The position numbers were made by a program, and so were the translations under genes. The notes under the pieces are model-generated. The model saw nothing but the letters and a program-made list of their open reading frames with translations, was not told where the DNA came from and did not search any database. A DNA stretch of 64,000 nt from Malacoraja senta (taxonomy: Eukaryota): contig CM075996.1 in the NCBI GenBank assembly GCA_038087875.1, positions 8,806,001 through 8,870,000 of the forward strand. Direction: 5' to 3'. This document shows, piece after piece, positions 63,961-64,000 of the stretch (the stretch's first letter is position 1; each line of letters opens with the position of its first letter).

Positions 63961-64000
63961 TTAATGTTGTGTATTATCTTTATTCATGTGCTGCATTGGC

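Overview
Repeat-dense vertebrate DNA. The repeat repertoire (CR1, L2, Rex/Babar, L1-type LINEs, tRNA-headed SINEs, abundant Penelope remnants) points to a cartilaginous fish, probably a skate or ray (inference). The only host gene found is TAB1 on the minus strand: five in-frame coding exons between 58204 and 41863, equivalent to human exons 3-7. No downstream TAB1 exons were seen in the remaining ~42 kb, which includes a 200-N gap at 39376-39575. The rest is nested mobile DNA: (i) a near full-length CR1 whose ORF1 is split by a second CR1, creating an in-frame ORF1-endonuclease chimera; (ii) an internally deleted Buster/Charlie hAT transposase with an L1-type LINE inserted at its RW motif; (iii) a Helitron-like array with repeated hairpin+CTAG ends; (iv) seven PIF/Harbinger MITEs, most sharing an internal palindrome; (v) three non-autonomous hAT elements with 8-bp TSDs; (vi) a DIRS-like terminus; (vii) many Penelope pseudo-LTR remnants carrying minimal hammerhead-ribozyme cores, often as long hairpins. 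No clearly novel protein-coding system was found. All family assignments come from motif recognition by eye, not database searches.
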